Below, piece after piece: positions 20,605 through 30,862 of a stretch of DNA of 64,000 nt. Source of the stretch: an uncultured Chloroflexia bacterium (GTDB lineage: Bacteria; Chloroflexota; Limnocylindria; Limnocylindrales; CSP1-4); the NCBI GenBank assembly GCA_963752475.1, contig CAVVYR010000029.1, positions 128,001 to 192,000 on the forward strand, read 5' to 3'. A model generated the notes under the pieces. That model was given only the letters and a program-made list of their open reading frames with translations. It searched no databases and was not told the origin of the DNA. Each line of letters starts with the position of its first letter. Positions within the stretch are counted from its first letter, which is position 1. Position numbers and translations under genes: made by a program.

Positions 20605-21374
20605 GCGGTCGGCTGACCGCGGTGGCGCTGCCGGCGCTGCCCGAGATCCGCCCGGGAGACGACCTGGGGCGCCTCATCGCTGAAGCCTGGTGGGCGCTCA
20701 TCTCCGAGGACGCCGCGCTAGGGCCCCAGGTCGGAGACGTCATCGTCGTGACCCAGAAGGTCGTCTCGAAGGCCGAGGGACGCATCGTCGACCTCGCCAC
20801 CATCGAGCCACGTCCCGAAGCGGTGGAGTGGGCGGGGCAGTGGGGCAAGGACGCACGGCAGATCGAGGTGGTCCTGCGCGAGTCGGCCGAGATCGTGCGC
20901 ATGGACCACGGCGTCATCATCAGCCGCACCCGCCATGGCTTCGTCTGCGCCAACGCCGGCGTCGATGCCTCCAACGTCGGTGCCGGGGATGTGGTCACGC
21001 TCCTGCCCGACGACCCCGACCGTTCCGCGCTCGGTCTGCGCCACTCGCTCCTCGAAGAGCTGGGCATCGACATCGGCGTGGTGGTCTCCGATTCGTTCGG
21101 CCGGCCCTGGCGGCTGGGCATCACCGACATCGCACTCGGGGTGTCAGGCTTCGCGCCGCTTGCCGACCTGCGCGGGGAGGTCGATACCGAGGGTCGCGCG
21201 ATGAAGGCCACCGTCGTCGCCGTGGCCGACCAACTGGCCTCGACCGCGGAGCTCGCCAGCGGTAAGACCAGCCGACGCCCGGTCGTGCTCATCCGCGGTG
21301 TCGAGCTGCCACCCGGATCGGGGTCGGTCGCCGATGACGTGGTCATGCCCCCCGAGCAGGACCTCTTCCGCTAG
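20601..21374 (+). CDS. cofE: Coenzyme F420-0:L-glutamate ligase
   Basis: PEIRPGDDL, KVVSKAEGR, CANAGVDASN, DSFGRPWRLG, DLFR. Confidence 0.95.
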   Translation: MSGRLTAVALPALPEIRPGDDLGRLIAEAWWALISEDAALGPQVGDVIVVTQKVVSKAEGRIVDLATIEPRPEAVEWAGQWGKDARQIEVVLRESAEIVRMDHGVIISRTRHGFVCANAGVDASNVGAGDVVTLLPDDPDRSALGLRHSLLEELGIDIGVVVSDSFGRPWRLGITDIALGVSGFAPLADLRGEVDTEGRAMKATVVAVADQLASTAELASGKTSRRPVVLIRGVELPPGSGSVADDVVMPPEQDLFR

Positions 21375-21417
21375 CGCGGTGATGGAGGCCATGGGCCGGC
21401 CTCGCTAGACTGCGGGC

Positions 21418-22338
21418 ATGAAGCTCGGACTGCAGATCGCCAAGTTCACCTGGAGCGGTGGCGACGCCGCCATCGCCGGCACCTTCGCGGACATCGTGCG
21501 CACGGCCGACGAGGCCGGCTTCGACTCCATCTGGGTCATGGATCACTTCCTCCAGATCGGCTCGGTGGGCAAGCCCGAGGAACCCATGCTGGAGGGCATG
21601 ACCACCCTCGGCTACGCGGCCGCGCTGACCCGGCGCGCACGCCTGGGGCTGATGGTCGGCGGCATCCACTATCGCACCGCGGGGCTATGGGTCAAGGCCG
21701 CCACCACGCTCGATGTGCTCAGCGGCGGCCGCTCGTACTTCGGCATCGGCGCGGCCTGGAACGAGCAGGAGTCGCAGGCCTGGGGCTTCCCCATGCCCCC
21801 GCTCGGGCAGCGCTTCGAGATGCTGGAGGAGACGCTGCAGCTGGCGCGTGCGGCATGGACCGGCGAGCAAGGCAGGCGCGAGCGGTTCGAAGGCCGCCAC
21901 TATCAGGCCGGCGATCCGCTCAACGCCCCGCAGGCGCTGAGCAAGCCGCGCCCGCCCATCCTCATCGGGGGTGGTGGCGAGCGACGCACGCTCAAGCTGG
22001 TGGCGAAGTACGCCGATGCCTGCAACGTCTTCGGCACCGATGTGGCCCAGCTGCGGCACAAGTACGACGTCCTGCGAGGCCACTGTGAGACCGTCGGACG
22101 CGACTATGCCGAGATCGAGAAGTCGTTCCTGACGGAGGTCTCCATCACGCCCGATGGTGCCCGTCGCTCGCACACACCCGACGCCCTGGTCGAACGCCTC
22201 GGCCGTACCGCCGAGGCCGGAGCGCAGCATGCGATCGTGGGCGTGCGTGACGTGGCGGACCTCTCCAAGCTCGAGCTCATCGGCCGCGACGTCATCCCGC
22301 AGCTGCGCGGTATCGGCGAACCCTCTCCCATCAGCTGA
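21418..22338 (+). CDS. LLM class F420-dependent oxidoreductase
   Basis: GFDSIWVMDHFLQI, TTLDVLSGGR, GIGAAW, LIGGGGERRTLKLVAKYADACN. Confidence 0.92.
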   Translation: MKLGLQIAKFTWSGGDAAIAGTFADIVRTADEAGFDSIWVMDHFLQIGSVGKPEEPMLEGMTTLGYAAALTRRARLGLMVGGIHYRTAGLWVKAATTLDVLSGGRSYFGIGAAWNEQESQAWGFPMPPLGQRFEMLEETLQLARAAWTGEQGRRERFEGRHYQAGDPLNAPQALSKPRPPILIGGGGERRTLKLVAKYADACNVFGTDVAQLRHKYDVLRGHCETVGRDYAEIEKSFLTEVSITPDGARRSHTPDALVERLGRTAEAGAQHAIVGVRDVADLSKLELIGRDVIPQLRGIGEPSPIS

Positions 22339-22416
22339 TGGATCTCCGTCACACCGCTGACACGACCACCACAAGATACTCCCGGGGAGTATGAAGGAAG
22401 GTATAGGATAGAGCCG

Positions 22417-23535
22417 ATGAACGACGACAAGAAGGCAGGCTTCGGGGGCCTGCAGATCATCGACGACGGCGACGCCCAAGCGGCGCCACTGGCTCCGATC
22501 GCCCCGATCGCGATGGAGCAGCCGGCTGACGCCACTCCGGTGGCGGCGGGCTCGTCCGGAGGGGCCCACGCGAAGGTGCTCATCATCGGCAGCGGTCCAG
22601 CCGGCCTGACCGCGGCCATCTACGCTGCACGCGCCGACCTGGAGCCCCTGGTCATCGCCGGCTTCGTCCCCGGCGGCCAGCTCATGATCACCAGCGAGGT
22701 CGAGAACTTCCCCGGCTTCCCCGAGGGCATCGATGGACCCGCGCTCATGGCCGACATGCGTGCCCAGGCGGAGCGCTTCGGTGCCCGCATGTACGACGTG
22801 GACGTGGAGTCGGTCGATTTCAGCGAGCGTCCCTTCAGGGTCACCGCTGGCGGCACGCGATACTCCGCCGACTCGATCATCGTGGCCACCGGCGCCAGCG
22901 CCATTTGGCTCGACCTCGAGAACGAGACGCGGCTACGCGGCCGCGGCGTGTCGGCCTGCGCCACCTGCGACGGCTTCTTCTTCCGTGACAAGAGGATCGC
23001 GGTCGTGGGCGGCGGCGACAGCGCGCTCGAGGAGGCGCTATTCCTGACGAAGTTCGCCCGTGAAGTGGTGCTCATCCACCGGCGTGACGAGTTCCGCGGC
23101 AGCCGCATCATGCAGAACCGCGCCAGGACCCACGAGAAGATCAGCATCGAGTGGAACACGCAGGTCACCGACGTCCTCGGCGAAGACAAGGTCGAGGGGC
23201 TGGAGTTGACCGACACCCAGTCCGGTGAGAAGCGCGAGATGCCCATCGAGGGCCTCTTCATCGCCATCGGCCACAAGCCCAACACCGATGTCTTCAAGGA
23301 GTACCTCGACATCGACGACAAGGGCTACCTGGAGGTCACCGACCACACGCTGAGCAATGTCGAGGGCGTGTTCGTGGCCGGCGACGTCCACGATCATCGC
23401 TATCGCCAGGCCGTCACCGCCGCCGGTGACGGCTGCCGTGCCGCCATCGACGCGGAACGCTGGCTGGCCGACCAGGACGAGACGGAGTCGACGACCCCGG
23501 GCGCGAGCGAGGCGGTCTCACTGGCCCAGAGCTAG
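22417..23535 (+). CDS. trxB: Thioredoxin-disulfide reductase
   Basis: IIGSGPAG, GGQLMITSEVENFPG, SACATCDG, VGGGDSALEEA, IHRRDEFR, YRQAVTAAG. Confidence 0.96.
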   Translation: MNDDKKAGFGGLQIIDDGDAQAAPLAPIAPIAMEQPADATPVAAGSSGGAHAKVLIIGSGPAGLTAAIYAARADLEPLVIAGFVPGGQLMITSEVENFPGFPEGIDGPALMADMRAQAERFGARMYDVDVESVDFSERPFRVTAGGTRYSADSIIVATGASAIWLDLENETRLRGRGVSACATCDGFFFRDKRIAVVGGGDSALEEALFLTKFAREVVLIHRRDEFRGSRIMQNRARTHEKISIEWNTQVTDVLGEDKVEGLELTDTQSGEKREMPIEGLFIAIGHKPNTDVFKEYLDIDDKGYLEVTDHTLSNVEGVFVAGDVHDHRYRQAVTAAGDGCRAAIDAERWLADQDETESTTPGASEAVSLAQS

Positions 23536-23579
23536 CCGGAGGAGCTCCGCACTGGTGCGGACGCTGGTTTCGACTCGTA

Positions 23580-23644
23580 GGTCGCCATCTGTCCTGGCCG
23601 GCGGGTTCCCGTAGCGAAGGGCGGACCGGCCGCGGATGGCGACC
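23580..23644. terminator. Long GC-rich stem-loop between convergent trxB and sulfotransferase genes
   Basis: Perfect 10-bp outer stem ggtcgccatc/gatggcgacc with inner ggccgg/ccggcc pairing; no U-tract. Confidence 0.5.
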
Positions 23645-23654
23645 GTGGCTTGGG

Positions 23655-24599
23655 TCAGCCCCTTTCGTAGCCCATCTCAGTGAGGCGACGCCCCAGCAGT
23701 CGTTCGATGGCAGCTTGCGCGCCAGGGTCGATGTCGTCGCGCCAGCGTTCGGCCGCACCAGCGTCGAAGCCGGCGGAGCCGACGCGCGCACCCTTCGAGG
23801 TAACCTTCTGCTCCAGCATGCGCGGCTCCGCGCGCACGCCCAGGAACGCACACACGTCATCGAGCGACTCCTCGGGGGCCGATACGACATCCTCGAAACG
23901 AACCACGCCGTACCGCCCCGGGAACCGACGCGCCAGCACGCGGTGTCGATGGACGGCGCGCGCCCAGGCCCACACCACCTCCAGCAGCACGAAGCGCGAC
24001 AGCAGTGGTGGCACGGCCGCAAGCTGGCGATACGGGAAGCCGACCGCGCGGTCGGCACGCCGCCGCAGCTCGGAGACGTAGATCGCGCGTGGGTCTCGCA
24101 CGCAGTGGATGACCCGCCCGTCGGGGAACCACTCGAGCAGCGTCTCCACGTAGTCGAGGTGGGCCGGGGTCTTCTCCCCGATGATGGCGTTGCCCCGGCG
24201 ATCGGCGTAGATGCGCATGAAAGCCTCGAAGAGACCGCGCTCGCTGCGATCGGACGCGAGCAGGTAGGCCTCGATGTCCTCACGCGGGACCTTGTGCGTG
24301 AGCCAGCGCCAGTACGGGCTCAGCTCACGCAGCTTCGAGCGTCGCTGCAGCTCGCCCGAGTAGATGAGCTCGACCAGCGCGCGCACGTTGGCGTCGTCGC
24401 GAAGGTCGCCGAGCCGTCGGAAGTAATGACGGGTGCCCTCCCACGGCAGCAGGTGCCCCAGGAAGTGGTTCTCGGTGATGATGCCGATGCGGCTGTGCTT
24501 GTCGAGGATGCGCCGCATGAGGGTCGTGCCGCTGCGGCTGACACCCACGATGAAGATGGCTTCGGGCTCACCGGGGAGCCGATCCGGTCGTTCGTCCAC
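23655..24599 (-). CDS. Sulfotransferase family protein
   Basis: IFIVGVSRSGTT (5'-PSB), GEKTP, VRDPRA..S (3'-PB), VRFEDVV. Confidence 0.9.
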   Translation of the reverse strand: MDERPDRLPGEPEAIFIVGVSRSGTTLMRRILDKHSRIGIITENHFLGHLLPWEGTRHYFRRLGDLRDDANVRALVELIYSGELQRRSKLRELSPYWRWLTHKVPREDIEAYLLASDRSERGLFEAFMRIYADRRGNAIIGEKTPAHLDYVETLLEWFPDGRVIHCVRDPRAIYVSELRRRADRAVGFPYRQLAAVPPLLSRFVLLEVVWAWARAVHRHRVLARRFPGRYGVVRFEDVVSAPEESLDDVCAFLGVRAEPRMLEQKVTSKGARVGSAGFDAGAAERWRDDIDPGAQAAIERLLGRRLTEMGYERG

Positions 24600-24628
24600 G
24601 TCCTCTCGAGTCTAGCGGTGGCCGACTG

Positions 24629-26503
24629 ATGGGCTTCGGCCGAGGAGGACGTGGCAGCTTCGCCGGGACCGACTTCGAACCCGTGCCCGCCGAGCGGCGC
24701 GGACAGACCGTGCGGCGCATCGCCGGCTTCTTCGCCCCCTACCGCTGGCAGGTCCTGCTGGTGCTGGTCTCGATCACCGCGACGAGCCTGCTGGGCGTGG
24801 TCACGCCCTTCCTGCTCAAGCTGCTGCTCGACGTGGCCATCCCCGAGCAGGACTTCTTCCTGCTCAACGTGCTCGTCGTGTTCATGATCGTCATCCCCGT
24901 GGTCAACGGGCTCATCGGCGTCGGCCAGACGTACGTCAACAACCGGGTCGGCCAATCGGTCATGCAGGACCTGCGCGATGCGGTCTACGAGCACCTCCAG
25001 CGCATGCCCTTGCGCTTCTTCACCGAGACCCGCACCGGCGAGATCCAGAGCCGTATCGCCAACGACGTCGGCGGGGTCCAGTCGGTCGTCACCGACACGG
25101 CCAGCTCGGTCTTCAGCAACCTCACCATCGTGGTCATCACGCTGCTGGCCATGGTCCTGTTGGACTGGCGCCTGACAGCGGTCTCGCTGACCATCCTGCC
25201 CTTCTTCATGTACCTCACCTTCCGCGTGGGCAAGGTCCGGCGAGAGGCCTCGAAACAGACCCAGAAGTCGATGGCCGACATGTCCGCCATCACCGAGGAG
25301 ACCCTCTCGGTCAGCGGCATCCTCCTCTCCAAGACCTTCGGACAGCAGAGCGCAGCTGTGGAGCGCTTCCGCGAGGCCAACGCCAAGCTGGCGCGACTGC
25401 AGCTGCGGCAGTCGCTCGTGGGCCGCTGGTTCTTCATGCTCGTGGGGACGGTCTTCAGCGTCATGCCCGCGGTGGTCTACTGGATCGCCGGCGTGCTGGT
25501 CATCGAGGGGGACCCCAGTGCACCCAGCGTGGGCGACATCGTGGCCTTCACCACGCTGCAGGCGCGACTCTTCTTCCCGCTGGGCCAGCTGCTCAACGTA
25601 CAGGTGGAGGTGCAGGGCGCGCTGGCGCTCTTCGACCGTATCTTCGAGTACCTCGACATGGAGCCGGAGATCGTCGACAAGCCCGATGCTCGGGCGCTAC
25701 GGGCGGGTACGCTCGACGGGCGGGTGCGCTTCCGCCACGTCTTCTTCAGCTACCCCGACGTACCCGTCGAGGCGCCCGACGAAGCCGCTCCCACCGGTGG
25801 CACGCCGTTCAACCTGCGGGACATCGACTTCGAGGTCGAGCCGGGGCAGCTGGTGGCGCTGGTGGGGCCCTCGGGCTCGGGAAAGACGACCTCGACGTAC
25901 CTGCTGCCGCGACTCTACGACGTGGCGTCGGGCGCGGTCGAGATCGACGGCCACGACGTGCGCGACGTGCAGCTGGCGAGCCTCGGCGACGTCATCGGCT
26001 TCGTCACCCAGGAGGCCTACCTCTTCCATGCCACGGTGCGCGAGAACCTGGCCTACGCCAAGCCCGCTGCCACCGACCGTGAGCTGCAGGCGGCGGCACG
26101 CCTCGCTGCCATCCACGACCGCATCCGCGAGCTGCCCGAGGGCTACGACACCGTCGTGGGCGAGCGCGGCTACAAGCTCTCCGGTGGCGAGAAGCAGCGC
26201 ATCGCGCTGGCCCGCGTCTTGCTGAAGGATCCGCGCATCCTCGTGCTCGACGAGGCCACTAGCGCACTGGACACGGTCAGCGAGCGCCTCATCCAGCGGG
26301 CCATCGAGGCCACCATGCGCGGTCGCACCACGCTGGCCATCGCGCATCGGCTCTCGACGATCCTGCGGGCCGACCTCATCCTCGTCTATGAGGCGGGGCG
26401 CATCGTGGAGCGGGGTACGCATGCCCAGCTGCTGGCGCAGAACGGCGTCTATGCGCAGCTCTACCACGAGCAGTTCGAGGCCACGGCCCCAGGACTCAGC
26501 TAG
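24629..26503 (+). CDS. ABC exporter, fused permease/ATP-binding protein
   Basis: TMD followed by GPSGSGKT, LSGGEKQR, LVLDEATS, IAHRLST. Confidence 0.95.
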   Translation: MGFGRGGRGSFAGTDFEPVPAERRGQTVRRIAGFFAPYRWQVLLVLVSITATSLLGVVTPFLLKLLLDVAIPEQDFFLLNVLVVFMIVIPVVNGLIGVGQTYVNNRVGQSVMQDLRDAVYEHLQRMPLRFFTETRTGEIQSRIANDVGGVQSVVTDTASSVFSNLTIVVITLLAMVLLDWRLTAVSLTILPFFMYLTFRVGKVRREASKQTQKSMADMSAITEETLSVSGILLSKTFGQQSAAVERFREANAKLARLQLRQSLVGRWFFMLVGTVFSVMPAVVYWIAGVLVIEGDPSAPSVGDIVAFTTLQARLFFPLGQLLNVQVEVQGALALFDRIFEYLDMEPEIVDKPDARALRAGTLDGRVRFRHVFFSYPDVPVEAPDEAAPTGGTPFNLRDIDFEVEPGQLVALVGPSGSGKTTSTYLLPRLYDVASGAVEIDGHDVRDVQLASLGDVIGFVTQEAYLFHATVRENLAYAKPAATDRELQAAARLAAIHDRIRELPEGYDTVVGERGYKLSGGEKQRIALARVLLKDPRILVLDEATSALDTVSERLIQRAIEATMRGRTTLAIAHRLSTILRADLILVYEAGRIVERGTHAQLLAQNGVYAQLYHEQFEATAPGLS

Positions 26504-26547
26504 ATCCCAAGGGGCCTTGTCGAGCCGTGCGTCGACGATCGGGCCGC

Positions 26548-26757
26548 CTACTCGCGTGTGGGAGCGAAGTCCTCCGGGTCCAGTCTGGCGCCGGCGTCGA
26601 GGTAGCGGCCGCCGGGGTGGATGGTGCAACGCACGCCGACGCGACCATCAGACAGACCCTCGGCCTGCCAGTGGCAGAAGCGCACGCTGCCGTCGTTGAG
26701 GTGGCAGCGGGAGCCGGTCTCGGTGAGTCGGACGGCAAAGCCGGCGGCTGTGGCCAT
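26548..26757 (-). CDS. Small Cys/His-containing hypothetical protein (69 aa)
   Basis: GAGGAG SD before ATG; RCHLND...FCHW...RCTIH; fills the gap between the ABC gene and osmC. Confidence 0.55.
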   Translation of the reverse strand: MATAAGFAVRLTETGSRCHLNDGSVRFCHWQAEGLSDGRVGVRCTIHPGGRYLDAGARLDPEDFAPTRE

Positions 26758-26835
26758 CCACTCCTCGCGCTCGTCTGTGGGACGCGCGCGTCGCCAAGGC
26801 AGTCTCTTCATCCGATCTTCGGGCATGCTGGGGAC

Positions 26836-27315
26836 ATGATTAAGCATGCGACCGTTCGCTGGCACGGCGAACTCGACTTCGACGCCACCGACGAGGATGG
26901 CGCCATCGTGCCCATGTCCCCCAAGGACGACGTCTTCGGCCCCAGCCTCATGCTGCTCGCTGCCGTGGGCGGCTGTACCGGCATGGACGTGGTCAGCATC
27001 ATGACCAAGAAGAAGGTCGACTTCGACTCGTACCAGGTCGAGGTCAGCGCGGAGCAGCGCGAGGCCTACCCGCAGTCGTACAGCTCGATCACCGTCGAGC
27101 ACATCGTCCAGGGAACGAACGTCTCGGACAAAGCCGTCTCGCGCGCGATCGAGCTGTCGGCCCGCACGTACTGCATGGTCGGCGCCACCATCGCCACCGG
27201 CGACTGCGCCATCAACCACCGCATGCGCATCACCGACGAGGCCGGCGAGCGCACCTGCGACTGCCTCACCGTCGGCCCGAGGGGTGCCGGCCTCAGCCAC
27301 TACGAGAACGCGTAG
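26836..27315 (+). CDS. OsmC/YhfA family protein
   Basis: PSLMLLAAVGGCTGMDVVSIM, AIELSARTYCMVGAT. Confidence 0.9.
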   Translation: MIKHATVRWHGELDFDATDEDGAIVPMSPKDDVFGPSLMLLAAVGGCTGMDVVSIMTKKKVDFDSYQVEVSAEQREAYPQSYSSITVEHIVQGTNVSDKAVSRAIELSARTYCMVGATIATGDCAINHRMRITDEAGERTCDCLTVGPRGAGLSHYENA

Positions 27316-27386
27316 CACCCTCCCACACACGAGAAGACGGCCGGCCGGCTCGGTGCCGATCGGGCGCTCATCTCGATGCCCGGCGT

Positions 27387-28970
27387 CTACATCTGCGCGA
27401 AGCGCGGACCCTCCCCGCCTTCGGGCGGCTGCCAGGTGATGTTGTCCTTGGGGCACTTCACCGCGCAGGTCATGCAGTGCAGGCAGTTCGACGGGCTCAG
27501 GACGACCTTCTCGCCATCCCAGCGGTAGACCTGCCCGGGACAGAACGACTGGCATGAGGCGGCGTACTCGTCGGCACAGTCGATGCACTTCGATGGGTCG
27601 CCGATGGCCATGTGCGCCGCTTCGTCCTCGCGGTGCAGGGCGCCGGTGAGGCTGACGAAGGTCGCGCCGTCCAGGCCGCCCGGATCCTCGCGACCGAGCC
27701 GCGCACCGGCGCTGGTGCCCTCGCGGTCGGGCTCCATGCCCAGGCGCATCGGCAGGAGGTGTGAGATCTGCGACAGGGGCGTGCCCAGGTACAGGCCTCG
27801 CTTGAAGACCTGCCGATAGTTGCGCGCGCGGCGCATCTCGGGCAGCACGCCGCCCGCCTCGAGACGCTCCTGGTAGCCCTTGAGCTCGACCTCGCCATCA
27901 CCGGCCTGGGCCAACCCCGCGGCGATGGTCTCGGCCGCGGCCATGCCCGACCACATCGCGTTGTGGATGCCCTTGATCTTCTGCATGTTCACGAAGCCGG
28001 CGCCATCGCCCACGACCAGCGCGCCGGGCACGTTGATCTTGCCGATGGCGTAGTAGCCGCCTTCGGGGATGGTGCGAGCACCACTGGCGATGGTCACGCC
28101 GCCCTCGATCTGCTCGGCCACGAAGGGATGCTGGCGGAAGCGTTCGAGCTCCTTCTGGGGGTTGAGATCGCCGTACTTCCAGTCGAGCGCCATGATCAGG
28201 CCGACCGAGATGGTCGTGGAGTCGGTGGCATACATGAACCCGCCACCGAAGACGTCCTGCGGCAGCGGGTAGCCCAGGAAGTGGGCCACGTGCCCCGCAC
28301 CGAAGGGATGCTCATCCTTGAACTGCAGCACGGCCTTGATGCCCAGCGAGTAGACCTGCGGGTTCTGCCCCGCGCCGAAGTGATCGCGCAGTTGCTCGCT
28401 GAGCACGCCGCGGGTACCGTCGGCGAGGACGGTCACGCGGGCGCGGATCTCCTCCGCCGGCCGGTAGTTGGGCATCTGGCCGCCGTCGGCGTCCAGCCCG
28501 ACCTCGCCGAGGCGCACGCCGTTGACGCAGCCGTCCTCGACGATCAGTCCGCGCGCGCTGAAGCCGCTGTAGACCTCGATTCCCTCAGCCTCAGCGACAC
28601 CGGCGAGATAGCCCACCAGCCGCGAGATCGACACGATGACGTCGTCGCTGTGGTCCATCGCGCTGGGCGCCACGAGTTCAGGCACCTTGATGGCGTGCGT
28701 GCCCAGCAGGAAGTAGATGTCGTCCTGCTCCACCGCGCTGATCCGCTTGGCCATCTGACGGTCCTCGCGCCAGCCCGGGGTCAGCTCGTCGAGCGGCGCC
28801 GGGTCGACGACCGCCCCAGAGAGGTTGTGATAGCCCGGCTGGGAAGCCTTGTCGATGACCGCCATCGATAGCTCGTGCCCAGCCTCGTCGGCGAGCCGCT
28901 TGAGCTTGATGGCCGCGGCCAGGCCGCCCGGCCCGGCACCTACGACGAGGACATCGAGCGGCGCCCTCAT
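27387..28970 (-). CDS. Electron transfer flavoprotein-quinone oxidoreductase (FixC-like FAD domain plus C-terminal ferredoxin)
   Basis: VVGAGPGG, NLSGAV, IPEGGY, GDGAGFVN..KIKGIH; C-terminal CQSFCPG...NCLHCMTCAVKCP, PEGGEGP. Confidence 0.93.
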   Translation of the reverse strand: MRAPLDVLVVGAGPGGLAAAIKLKRLADEAGHELSMAVIDKASQPGYHNLSGAVVDPAPLDELTPGWREDRQMAKRISAVEQDDIYFLLGTHAIKVPELVAPSAMDHSDDVIVSISRLVGYLAGVAEAEGIEVYSGFSARGLIVEDGCVNGVRLGEVGLDADGGQMPNYRPAEEIRARVTVLADGTRGVLSEQLRDHFGAGQNPQVYSLGIKAVLQFKDEHPFGAGHVAHFLGYPLPQDVFGGGFMYATDSTTISVGLIMALDWKYGDLNPQKELERFRQHPFVAEQIEGGVTIASGARTIPEGGYYAIGKINVPGALVVGDGAGFVNMQKIKGIHNAMWSGMAAAETIAAGLAQAGDGEVELKGYQERLEAGGVLPEMRRARNYRQVFKRGLYLGTPLSQISHLLPMRLGMEPDREGTSAGARLGREDPGGLDGATFVSLTGALHREDEAAHMAIGDPSKCIDCADEYAASCQSFCPGQVYRWDGEKVVLSPSNCLHCMTCAVKCPKDNITWQPPEGGEGPRFAQM

Positions 28971-30862
28971 GCCCGTACCTCCAGTGCCTTGGTCAAGGCG
29001 GGGATGACCGTCTCGATATCACCGACGACGCCGAAGTCTGCGTAGTTGAAGATCTTCGCCTTGGGGTCCTTGTTGATGGCGACGATGACGTCCGAGCCCT
29101 GCATGCCCGTGATGTGCTGGATGGCTCCGGAGATGCCGATGGCCACGTACAGCCGCGGCTGCACGGTCTGGCCGGTCTGGCCGACCTGGTAGTCATGCGT
29201 GGTACAGCCGTCCTCGACGGCCATGCGTGAGGCAGCCACCTTGGTGTCCGCGCCCAGCAACGCCCCGATGCCCTCGGCCAGTGGGGTGAGATGTCGGTCG
29301 AAGTCGGCCTTGCTGCGGAAGCCGTGGCCGCCAGCGACGATGACCTCCGCGTCGCGGATGGAGACCTTGCTCGCGAACGACTCCACGGGTGTCGATTCGA
29401 GGCAGATGTTGCAGATCTCGAGGTCCACCTCCGGGCGGATGACCTCACCGCTGCGTTCCGGATCGGACGGTGGCACCTTGAAGACGCCGGGCCGCACGGT
29501 GGCCATCTGGGTCTGGCTGTCCTTGGTCATGATCGTGGCCATGACGTTGCCGCCCAACGCGGGGCGGGTCTGCTCGACGATGCCCACGAGGTTGATCGAG
29601 CCCTTCTGGTAGTCCCCGATCTCGAGCCTGGTGCAGTCGGCGGTAAGGCCACAGCGGCAGGCGTAGGCGACGCGAGGAGCCAACTCACGTCCGAGCGGGC
29701 TGGCGCCGAAGAGCATGGCCTGTGGCTTGAACTGCTTGATGGCCTGCGCCAGGGCCTCCTTATGGGTGATGGGGTCGAATCCCGCCAGCAGAGGGTGCTC
29801 GATGACGTAGACCTTGTCGGCACCGGCCGCGATCAGCTGCTGCGGACGATCACCAGCATCGACGGTGGCGAGGATGGCTCCGACCTGCTCGTGCAGGCAG
29901 GCAGCGAGGCGACGAGCGACACCCAGCAGCTCGAGCGAGACCGAGCGGACGCCATCACCCTCCGGCTCGGCGTAGACCCAGAACTCGCCGCGGTAGGTCG
30001 GTTCGCGGTCGCCGATGTCGTAGGTCTCCTCGTCGCGAGAGATGGCCTCGGCTGTGCCCGCGACCTCGTAGGCGGCCTTCATCTTGCTCAGGAGTTCGGC
30101 GGGGTCGGTCACGAAGTCGCACTCCTTGGTGCGAGCCTCCGAGGGACTGAAGAGGTGGTGCACCTGCGTCCACGAGCCATTCAGGCCGGTGCGAGTGCGG
30201 TCGGCCTCGACCGAGTCGGCGTCCCATCGGTGGATCTTGGCGATGTGCGCCTCGCGTGCAGCGGCGAACGAGCGGAACAGCGGCTTGGTGGCCGCGGTCA
30301 GCGTGATGAGCACCGGCAGGATCGTGGGCTTGACATCCTCCGTGCCTTCGGCGGCGATGCGCCTGATGATCAGCTCAGGCTCCTTCTGCAGACCCTGCGC
30401 GTAGGCGATGTGGGCGATGCCCAGCTCCTCCGCGATCTGCGGCGGCACCTGCGCGGTGTCCCCGTCGACCGACTGCATGCCGGTGACGATGGCGTAGTCC
30501 CGGGAGCCGTCGAACATCTCGTTCTCGATGCGACGGATGGCCTGGGCCAGCGAGTAGGCGGTAGCACCCGTGTCAGCACCGGCGAAGGCCTTGTCGGTGA
30601 GCAGGATCGCCTGACCCGGTACCCGGCTGAGGCAATCGACGAGCATCTCGCGAGCGGCTGGCGGGCCCATGGTCAGGAACACGACACGGGCGTCGGTGTC
30701 GTCCCGTACGAGCTCCTCCGCGAAGGTCAGGGCATGCAGGTCGAGCGGGTTGATGACGCTGTCGAGCATCGCTCGACGCAATGTCCCCTTCTCCCGGTCC
30801 CAGGCCTCCTCGGGGATGTTCGAGACATCGGGCACCTGCTTGACCAGAACGATCACGTCCAT
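28967..30862 (-). CDS. Electron transfer flavoprotein, fused beta+alpha subunits
   Basis: Beta: LVKQVPD, FAGADT, DGDTAQV. Alpha: [32 protein letters not shown]. One continuous frame; AGGAGG SD. Confidence 0.93.
   Translation of the reverse strand: MDVIVLVKQVPDVSNIPEEAWDREKGTLRRAMLDSVINPLDLHALTFAEELVRDDTDARVVFLTMGPPAAREMLVDCLSRVPGQAILLTDKAFAGADTGATAYSLAQAIRRIENEMFDGSRDYAIVTGMQSVDGDTAQVPPQIAEELGIAHIAYAQGLQKEPELIIRRIAAEGTEDVKPTILPVLITLTAATKPLFRSFAAAREAHIAKIHRWDADSVEADRTRTGLNGSWTQVHHLFSPSEARTKECDFVTDPAELLSKMKAAYEVAGTAEAISRDEETYDIGDREPTYRGEFWVYAEPEGDGVRSVSLELLGVARRLAACLHEQVGAILATVDAGDRPQQLIAAGADKVYVIEHPLLAGFDPITHKEALAQAIKQFKPQAMLFGASPLGRELAPRVAYACRCGLTADCTRLEIGDYQKGSINLVGIVEQTRPALGGNVMATIMTKDSQTQMATVRPGVFKVPPSDPERSGEVIRPEVDLEICNICLESTPVESFASKVSIRDAEVIVAGGHGFRSKADFDRHLTPLAEGIGALLGADTKVAASRMAVEDGCTTHDYQVGQTGQTVQPRLYVAIGISGAIQHITGMQGSDVIVAINKDPKAKIFNYADFGVVGDIETVIPALTKALEVRA

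Noticed and set aside
23555-23580. ggtttcgactc resembling a tRNA T-loop or tmRNA 5' end
   Set aside because: No cloverleaf, acceptor stem or CCA can be built, and the gap is too short for tmRNA.
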